Shown piece by piece: positions 57,283-64,000 of a DNA stretch of 64,000 nt (position 1 is its first letter; the number at the start of each line of letters is the position of its first letter). A program made the translations under genes and the position numbers. The DNA is from a bacterium. GTDB lineage: Bacteria > UBA8248 > JACPRG01 > G963555815. The notes beneath the pieces were generated by a model, which did no database searches, had not been told where the DNA came from, and saw nothing but the letters and a program-made list of their open reading frames with translations. The stretch lies in assembly GCA_965261595.1 (NCBI GenBank), contig CBDHDG010000007.1, forward strand, positions 1,088,001 through 1,152,000. Direction: 5' to 3'.

Positions 57283-57959
57283 GGCGAGACCACCGGACCC
57301 GACGCGAGAATTTTCGAGAGCCCGCTCAGGGCCTTGGGGTCCAAAGCGCCGCGCAGGGATTCCAGGTCTTCCGGAAGGTCGATGTCCAGGCCCAGAGCGG
57401 CCGAGCGATGCTCCAGGAAGGGCACGCCGCTTGCGGCGGCCCGCGCCCGGTGGCCGTTGAAGCTGTCCGGTCCGAAGGCCGGACTCAAAACGTCCGGCGG
57501 ATGGAGGAGCAGGGCGTTGGTCCCCTCGCCGCGATGCGAGGGGGCCGCCACGACGCATCGTGCGTCCGTCCCGAGGAGAGCGGCCATCGCGTCCACGTCT
57601 TCGGGCTTCAGGAGGGGAAGGTCCGCGGGAATGATCAGGATGGCTTCCGGCGGCGGTCCCGACGCGACGGCCGGGCGGCCCGGAGAATCACGGAACGCCG
57701 AGACGGCCTCGCGGAGGGCGCCGTTCAGGTCTCCGGATTCCTCGAAGAAAGAATCCGCGCCGAGCGTCTGCGCCGCCGACCGGGCATCGACGTCTTTGGA
57801 AATCAGAATGGCGCGCTCCACGGATTCGGCCTCGGCCAGGGACCGGAGGACCCGTCTCATCATCCAGAAGGAGAGGCGCCCCCGGGCGTCTTCGTCCAGG
57901 ACCGCGGACAGGCGCATTTTTCCAGCCCGGAATCCTTTGAGCGGAACGAGCGCGATCAT
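57279..57959 (-). CDS. cofC: Phospholactate/PEP guanylyltransferase
   Basis: VPLK...KMRL, ADLP, GTNAL, FGPDSF..H and DIDLPED. Confidence 0.93.
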   Translation of the reverse strand: MIALVPLKGFRAGKMRLSAVLDEDARGRLSFWMMRRVLRSLAEAESVERAILISKDVDARSAAQTLGADSFFEESGDLNGALREAVSAFRDSPGRPAVASGPPPEAILIIPADLPLLKPEDVDAMAALLGTDARCVVAAPSHRGEGTNALLLHPPDVLSPAFGPDSFNGHRARAAASGVPFLEHRSAALGLDIDLPEDLESLRGALDPKALSGLSKILASGPVVSP

Positions 57960-57974
57960 GGGGAAGTTGGCCCT

Positions 57975-58931
57975 TTATGTGCGGGATGCCCGGGAAATTT
58001 CGTCCGAAAATTCAAGGACTTCGCGGCCCAGCCGAATCTTGTCTTCCAGCGTGTTCATGACCGTGTTCGCGACCCGGACGCGGAGGCCCATCTTCTCCAC
58101 GCGCGCGGCTTCGTTCCGGTCCACTTCGTCTAGCACGAAGCCATCGAGCAAGTCAACGTAACGCCGGGCGACGCCGGAAGCCGACGGTTTCTCGCCCAGC
58201 TCCTTCATCATTTTCGCCGCCGGGCCCTTGAGGGCGCGCCCGCCCACGATGGGACTCACGGCCACCTTCGGGCCGGGGGAGGACCGGATGGCGTCGGCCA
58301 TGCCCGGTAGCTCCAGGATCGGCCTCAGGCTTACGAAGGGGTTGGACGGGCAGAATATGACGGCCCGGGCCCGGGCCAGGGCCGAAAGCGCCGCCTCGGT
58401 GGGCCCGGCGTCCTCGATCCCCTCGAAACGAATCCCGGTGATCGGCGTTTCCGCCCGCCGGGCCACGAAATAGTCCTGGAACTCCAGCTCGCCTTCCGGC
58501 GTGAGGACGCGCGTCCGGACAGGGGCGTCCGTCATGGGCAGGACGGCGCTTCGGACCCCCAGGGCGCGGCAGAGGATCCCCGTGACTTCCGTCAGGGATT
58601 TATCCTGATCGAGGAGCGCGCGGCGCAGCAGGTGGGCGCCCAGGTCTCGGTCGCCCAGACGGAACCAGGCGGGATAGCCGTAGCGCTCGAGCATATCGAG
58701 GGCGTGGGTCGTGTCGCCCGCCACGCCCCAGCCCGGGCCCGGGTCCGCCAGGCCCGCCAGGGTGTACATGACCGTGTCGATGTCCGGAGAAACGTGGAGG
58801 CCGTAAAGCGTGAGATCGTCGGCGGTGTTGACGACGGCCGCGACCTTTTCCGGCGGGGCCGCGCGGGCGAGTCCCAGGACCAGCTTCGCCCCCCCGACGC
58901 CCCCCGCGAGCGCAACGATCAGGTCATTCAT
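57975..58931 (-). CDS. cofD: 2-phospho-L-lactate transferase
   Basis: GGVGGAK, SPDIDTVMY, FQDYFV, PSNPFVS and KGPAAK. Confidence 0.95.
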   Translation of the reverse strand: MNDLIVALAGGVGGAKLVLGLARAAPPEKVAAVVNTADDLTLYGLHVSPDIDTVMYTLAGLADPGPGWGVAGDTTHALDMLERYGYPAWFRLGDRDLGAHLLRRALLDQDKSLTEVTGILCRALGVRSAVLPMTDAPVRTRVLTPEGELEFQDYFVARRAETPITGIRFEGIEDAGPTEAALSALARARAVIFCPSNPFVSLRPILELPGMADAIRSSPGPKVAVSPIVGGRALKGPAAKMMKELGEKPSASGVARRYVDLLDGFVLDEVDRNEAARVEKMGLRVRVANTVMNTLEDKIRLGREVLEFSDEISRASRT

Positions 58932-59552
58932 TCAGCGGTGCAGAACCGTCAGCGCGTAGGCGGGCCTCTCCGGGGGTTCTTCCCGCGGGGGCCGGCCCAG
59001 GGCGACGAGCATGTGGGGGTGAAAGTCCGCGGGCAGGTCCAGGATCGACCGGACCAGGTCGGGACAAAACAGCGGCGCGCACACCCAACAGGCGGCGATG
59101 TTCCGCGCGTGGGCGGCCAGAAGAACGTTCTGAAGGGCGGCGCCCAGGCTCTGGGTCGCCATGGTTTCCTCGGCGGTCCGCCGGAAGGCGTCGGGGTATC
59201 GGTCCAGGTCTTCTTTGTACAGACACGGGATCAACAGGGCGCTGGCGGGAAGGAGCAGGTCGAGGGATTTTTGTATCCGGGCGCGGATGCGATCTTCGGA
59301 GAGGATGCCGTCGTTCCGGAGGTCGGATTCAAAGGTGGCGGCCATCCGGTGGACCAGGCGCGCTTTGATCTCGGGGGTTGTAACAATGACGAATCGCCAG
59401 GGGCGGGTCTTGTGAGGGGAGGGCGCCCACCCGGCGGCCTGGACGACGCGGTCCACCTCTTCGGGCGGTACGCTTCCCGGACCGAACTGCCGTCGGGAGC
59501 GGCGCGACTCCAGGAATTGAAGATAGATGTCCCCGTCTTGAAGCTCAGGCAT
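58932..59552 (-). CDS. Nitroreductase, FbiB-C-terminal/FbiE-like
   Basis: RRSRRQF, APSPH...PWRF and W.CAPLF.P; lies inside the cof operon. Confidence 0.85.
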   Translation of the reverse strand: MPELQDGDIYLQFLESRRSRRQFGPGSVPPEEVDRVVQAAGWAPSPHKTRPWRFVIVTTPEIKARLVHRMAATFESDLRNDGILSEDRIRARIQKSLDLLLPASALLIPCLYKEDLDRYPDAFRRTAEETMATQSLGAALQNVLLAAHARNIAACWVCAPLFCPDLVRSILDLPADFHPHMLVALGRPPREEPPERPAYALTVLHR

Positions 59553-59582
59553 GACGGACCCGGCAGACCCCTTCGGCTCAAG

Positions 59583-60704
59583 TCATCCGTTCGAGGAGAC
59601 GGGCTCCAACGAAGGGCGCTTTTCGTACACCGTCGTTCGCTCGACGGGGGTTCGGCCGTTTTTCAGGATGATCTCGCGGAGCTGCTCGACCGAGGCGCGA
59701 TCTCCCCACTCCGATCCGGACATGTTGGAGATCTTCTCCTCCATCAGCGTCCCCCCCACGTCGTTGCAGCCGACCCGCAGGGCCTCGCCGCCGGCTTCCA
59801 GGCCGATCTTCGGCCAGCTCGATTGGATGTTGAAAATCATCTCGCGGAAATAAATCCGGCTGACGGCGTAAAGCTTGAAGACCTCTTCATTGGGGATCAT
59901 TCTCTGGATGTTGTACTTCCGGCCGAGCGCGTTGTCGTAAGGAATGAACGGCAGCGGAACGAACTCTGTGAACCCCCCCGTGTCCTTCTGGATGTCGCGG
60001 ATGACGTCGAGGTGCTCCCCGACCTCCTCGGTGGACTCCACGTGGCCGAACATGATGGTGGAAGTCGCCGGGATCCCCTGGCGCTGGACCTCTTTGATGA
60101 TCTCCACCCAGCGCCCGGCCGTCAGCTTCTCGGGGCAGATGATCCGGCGCACCCGCTCGACGAGGATTTCCGCGGCGGTCCCGGGCGTGCTGCCGAGTCC
60201 GGAGTCTTTCAGGATGGCGATGACCTCGGCGGGGGTCTTGCCCGACAATTCGGTCATGTAATTGATCTCTTCGCTCGAATAGGCGTGGATGTGGATGTCG
60301 GGGGCGACGCGCTTCACCCGCTTGAGGAGGTCCGCGTAGTAATCCAACGTGACGAACGGGTGAAGACCGCCCTGGATGCAGACCTCGGTGGCCCCGAAGG
60401 CGACGGCTTCGGCGACCTTCCGCTCGATTTCCTCATCGCTGACGAAATAGGCCCCCTCCTGCCCCGCCTTCCGTGAAAAGCCGCAAAATTCGCAGCTGCC
60501 CACGCAGATGTTGGTGAAGTTCATGTTCCGGTTGACGACGTAGGTGGCCTCGTCCCCGTTGATCTCCGCTCGAAGGGCGTCCGCGAAATCGAAAAGCCTC
60601 TGGGTCTGTTCGGGGTCTTTCGAATTCAACAGGGCCGCCGCGTCCTGGGGGCCGATCTCCCGTCCGCGCTCGGCCTTTCGAAAGGCTTCGGCAAATGTAG
60701 GCAT
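59583..60704 (-). CDS. cofH: FO synthase subunit 2 (radical SAM)
   Basis: NRNMNFTNICVGSCEFC, PGTAAEIL, FTEFVPL and IQSSW. Confidence 0.93.
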   Translation of the reverse strand: MPTFAEAFRKAERGREIGPQDAAALLNSKDPEQTQRLFDFADALRAEINGDEATYVVNRNMNFTNICVGSCEFCGFSRKAGQEGAYFVSDEEIERKVAEAVAFGATEVCIQGGLHPFVTLDYYADLLKRVKRVAPDIHIHAYSSEEINYMTELSGKTPAEVIAILKDSGLGSTPGTAAEILVERVRRIICPEKLTAGRWVEIIKEVQRQGIPATSTIMFGHVESTEEVGEHLDVIRDIQKDTGGFTEFVPLPFIPYDNALGRKYNIQRMIPNEEVFKLYAVSRIYFREMIFNIQSSWPKIGLEAGGEALRVGCNDVGGTLMEEKISNMSGSEWGDRASVEQLREIILKNGRTPVERTTVYEKRPSLEPVSSNG

Positions 60705-60716
60705 CTTGTGTCGTCC

Positions 60717-61697
60717 TCAGCAGAAAAGCGCAGGCCGGATGGAGGCCATCACGGCGCCAACGATGGGTGAGTGCCACCCGCGATCGACGAACTCATCGTA
60801 CACGGGCAATCGAAGCTCCAGGTCGATGTCGAACTCGGCGAGATGTCTGCGCAGCCCTTCCGTGTCCGGCCAGGGGTGATTGGGATTGATCAGATCCGGC
60901 TCGTCCGAAAGCCCGCCGATGTCGTCGGCGCCCGCTTCCACGGCTTCCAGGACGTGCGGAATCAGGTTGGGCGGAATCTGGATGTGGACGTCATCAGGGA
61001 GAATCGCCCGGGTCTCGCGGACCATCTCCAACGTTTCGGCTATCGAGGGCTCGGGCCAGCTCGCCATCGGTGTTCCCTCCTGGACGTTGAGGGGCTGGAC
61101 GATGACCTCCATCAGGTGCCCGTAGGTTTCATGGAGCCCGGCCAAGGCTTCGAGGGTGTCGGTCCGCTCCCGCCGGCTCTCGCCGATGCCGAACAGGATC
61201 CCCGATGTGAAGGGGATCCGGATCTCGCCGGCCGCCCGGACGGTCTCCAGCCTCAGGCCGGCCGCCTTGGTGGGCGCGAACTTGTGGGCGATCCCCGCCT
61301 CGACGGCCGGGCTCAGCGACTCCAGCATCACGCCCATCGAAGCGTTTACGTCTTTCAGCCGGGCCAGCTCGTCCAACGTCAGGGTCCCGATGTTGGTGTG
61401 AGGCAAAAGCCCTTCTTCCAGAAGGATTTCGCAGGCCCTGCGGGTGTAATCCACGTACGTGGGAAACCCCCACGCATTCAACTCCGCCCGCATCCCGGGG
61501 TGGTCGTCCGGCCGCTCCCCCGTCATCACGAGCGCCTCGACGGCACCCTTCGCGGCTTCCCGCCGGGCGGTTTCCCGGATCTGTTCCCGGGTCATGAGGA
61601 CGGGTTGATTGGAGCGGAAAGAACAATAACCGCAGTGGTTCCGGCACCAGTAGGTGATGGGAAGGGTGAAATTCCGGGAATAGGTCACCGTCTTCAC
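60717..61697 (-). CDS. cofG: FO synthase subunit 1 (radical SAM)
   Basis: TYSRN, CRNHCGYC, LPHTNIG, SMGVMLE and QIPPNL. Confidence 0.93.
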   Translation of the reverse strand: MKTVTYSRNFTLPITYWCRNHCGYCSFRSNQPVLMTREQIRETARREAAKGAVEALVMTGERPDDHPGMRAELNAWGFPTYVDYTRRACEILLEEGLLPHTNIGTLTLDELARLKDVNASMGVMLESLSPAVEAGIAHKFAPTKAAGLRLETVRAAGEIRIPFTSGILFGIGESRRERTDTLEALAGLHETYGHLMEVIVQPLNVQEGTPMASWPEPSIAETLEMVRETRAILPDDVHIQIPPNLIPHVLEAVEAGADDIGGLSDEPDLINPNHPWPDTEGLRRHLAEFDIDLELRLPVYDEFVDRGWHSPIVGAVMASIRPALFC

Positions 61698-61849
61698 GCA
61701 ACGCGTTCCTTATCGTGTCCCTCAACACAGCTATTCTAACACATCAGGGCCGCAAGAGATTTCTCGTCCGGCCGGGTGTCAGACAGGATCAGCGGGCGGC
61801 TGTCCTCGGGTCCCCGGGTTGGGGAACGGCCTGGGTCCGGCGCGGGTCA

Positions 61850-62443
61850 TCAGGTAATCGTATGGGCCGCTTCAAACGCCGCAATCTTGGATTCGTGTTG
61901 CAAGGTCAAGGCGATGTCGTCTAGGCCTTCGAGCAGACACTTTTTGGAGAAAGGATCGATCTCGAAATGGTGCGCCTCCCCTTCGGCCGTCGTGACCACC
62001 TGTCCCTCCAAATCAACGGACAGGGCGCCGCCGGGCGCCGCTTCGAACCGGGCGGAGAGGTCATTGACGATCCCTTTATCGAGAACGACGGGGAGCAGAC
62101 CGTTTTTCAAGCAGTTGTTATAAAAAATGTCCGCGAAGGAGGGGGCGATGACCACCCGGAATCCGGCCTGCTGGATGGCCCAGGGGGCGTGCTCCCGGGA
62201 GCTTCCGCAGCCGAAGTTGCTCCCGGTCAGAAGGATCTCGGACCCTTCATAGGCCGGGTCGTTCATGATGAAGTCCGGTTTCGGCTCGCCCTCGGGCGTG
62301 AAACGCCAGTCAACGAAAAGAAACTCGCCGAATCCCGTCTTTTCGATCCGCTTCAGGAACTGTTTCGGAATGATCTGATCGGTGTCCACGTCCCCCCGAT
62401 TGAGCGGCAGGACCTTTCCGGTGAAACGCTTGAATGGCTCCAT
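61850..62443 (-). CDS. leuD: 3-isopropylmalate dehydratase small subunit
   Basis: [11 protein letters not shown] and [13 protein letters not shown]. Confidence 0.97.
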   Translation of the reverse strand: MEPFKRFTGKVLPLNRGDVDTDQIIPKQFLKRIEKTGFGEFLFVDWRFTPEGEPKPDFIMNDPAYEGSEILLTGSNFGCGSSREHAPWAIQQAGFRVVIAPSFADIFYNNCLKNGLLPVVLDKGIVNDLSARFEAAPGGALSVDLEGQVVTTAEGEAHHFEIDPFSKKCLLEGLDDIALTLQHESKIAAFEAAHTIT

Positions 62444-62450
62444 GGGTTGA

Positions 62451-63854
62451 TCAACTCCACTCCCGGATATCTACGAAATGACCTTCGATGGCCGCGGCGG
62501 CGGCCATCGCCGGACTGACCAGGTGCGTGCGTCCGTCTCGGCCCTGGCGTCCTTCGAAGTTCCGGTTCGACGTGCTGGCGCACCGTTCTTTCGGATTGAG
62601 AACATCCTCGTTCATGCCCAGGCACATGCTGCACCCGGACTCCCGCCACTCGAAGCCGGCCTCGGTGAAGATGCGGTCCAGCCCCCGTTCCTCGGCGGCC
62701 TGCTTCACCGATTGGGAGCCGGGGACAACCATGGCGCCCACGTTGGAATGGACCTTTTTCCCTTTGACGATTTTGGCCGCTTCCGTCAGATCCAGAAGCC
62801 GGGAGTTCGTGCAGGAGCCGATGAAGACCCGGTCGATCGGAATGTCCGCAATCGGCGTGCCGGCTTCCAGTCCCATGTATTCCAGGGCGCGCCCGGCCGC
62901 CTGGCGGTCGGCCTCGTTATCCATGTCGCGCGGATTGGGGACTTCGCCCGTAACGTCCGTGACCATGCCGGGGTTCGTGCCCCATGTGACCTGGGGGGCG
63001 ATTTCGGCCGCGTCCATCACAACCTCCCGGTCGAAATGCGCGCCGTCGTCGCTCGGAAGGGTTCGCCAGTACTCGACCCGATCCTGAAACGCTTCCCCCT
63101 CGGGGACGTGCCGCCGCCCCTCCAGGAAGGCGAAGGTCACTTCGTCCGGGGCGATCATGCCGGCCCGGGCGCCCGCCTCGATGGACATGTTGCACACTGT
63201 CATCCGCTCTTCCATGGAAAACGCCTCGATCCCCTCGCCCCGGTACTCGATAACGTGTCCCACGCCGCCGCTGACGCCGATCCGGCCGATAATGGAGAGG
63301 ATGATGTCTTTCGCCGTGACGCCGAATCCGCAGCGGCCGTTCACCGTGACGGCGAGGGTTTTCGGCTTGGATTGCGACAGGCACTGGGTCGCCAGGACGT
63401 GCTCCACTTCGCTCGTGCCGACACCGATGGCCAGAGCCCCTACGGCCCCGTGCGTCGCGGTGTGGCTGTCCCCGCAAACGATGGTCTTGCCGGGCTGCGT
63501 GATTCCGAGCTCGGGTCCGATGACGTGGACGATCCCCTGGTCGGGACTGTCCAGGTCGAACAGCGTGACGCCGAACTCCCGGCAGTTTTCCGCCAACGTA
63601 TCCACCTGCCGCTTCGAGATCTGATCGACGATGGGCAGGCTGCGGTCGGTCGTGGGGACGTTGTGGTCCATCGTTGCGAAGGTCAGATCCGGCCGGCGGA
63701 CCTTCCGGCCCGACATGCGCAGACCCTCGAAGGCCTGAGGGCTGGTGACTTCATGGACCAAATGACAATCCACATAAAGAACCGCCGGTTGGCCCTGCTC
63801 CTGATGCACCACATGTGCATCCCAGACCTTCTCAAAAAGTGTCCGAGGCGCCAT
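62451..63854 (-). CDS. leuC: 3-isopropylmalate dehydratase large subunit
   Basis: [22 protein letters not shown] and [12 protein letters not shown]. Confidence 0.97.
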   Translation of the reverse strand: MAPRTLFEKVWDAHVVHQEQGQPAVLYVDCHLVHEVTSPQAFEGLRMSGRKVRRPDLTFATMDHNVPTTDRSLPIVDQISKRQVDTLAENCREFGVTLFDLDSPDQGIVHVIGPELGITQPGKTIVCGDSHTATHGAVGALAIGVGTSEVEHVLATQCLSQSKPKTLAVTVNGRCGFGVTAKDIILSIIGRIGVSGGVGHVIEYRGEGIEAFSMEERMTVCNMSIEAGARAGMIAPDEVTFAFLEGRRHVPEGEAFQDRVEYWRTLPSDDGAHFDREVVMDAAEIAPQVTWGTNPGMVTDVTGEVPNPRDMDNEADRQAAGRALEYMGLEAGTPIADIPIDRVFIGSCTNSRLLDLTEAAKIVKGKKVHSNVGAMVVPGSQSVKQAAEERGLDRIFTEAGFEWRESGCSMCLGMNEDVLNPKERCASTSNRNFEGRQGRDGRTHLVSPAMAAAAAIEGHFVDIREWS

Positions 63855-64000
63855 GATTCTCCTTTGCCCCCTTACTCCCCGGGTGCGGGAAAGCCCGTCC
63901 TTCAGGCCGCGTTTTCTTCAACCCCAGGGCGAGATGGATTTTCAAATGGACACTGATTCCGGGACGGTTATGTCTATCTAGGGTATAACCGCCCGACGTA

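Overview
High-GC bacterial chromosomal window with no rRNA, tRNA or CRISPR array. Housekeeping and metabolic blocks: gcvH-gcvP-lipoyl ligase-iscS-iscU, a complete F420 operon (cofG-cofH-nitroreductase-cofD-cofC-cofE, coupled to HD-hydrolase and SAM-methyltransferase genes), leuCD, and a Rieske/cytochrome b/nonaheme cytochrome c operon. These alternate with accessory transporters and enzymes, several in duplicate. Main mobile-DNA events: (i) a 6.6-kb IS1595-bounded element (4658-11279) carries a Dam-like methylase and restriction gene coupled to its transposase, plus a small Cys-rich gene starting inside its right TIR, and has been invaded by two IS1380 remnants, an IS3 and an IS256; (ii) a decayed AT-rich C5-methylase/endonuclease/Vsr island is cut by a second IS1595; (iii) a dead IS256 sits in the Tat signal of the Rieske gene, and its end rebuilds an in-frame start and SRRGFF motif. 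Intergenic DNA holds several structured repeat families, including a 66-bp hairpin with a compensatory base change, present as two inverted copies, one flanked by a 64-bp duplication of a gene 3' end. All product calls come from motif recognition by eye; no database searches were run.
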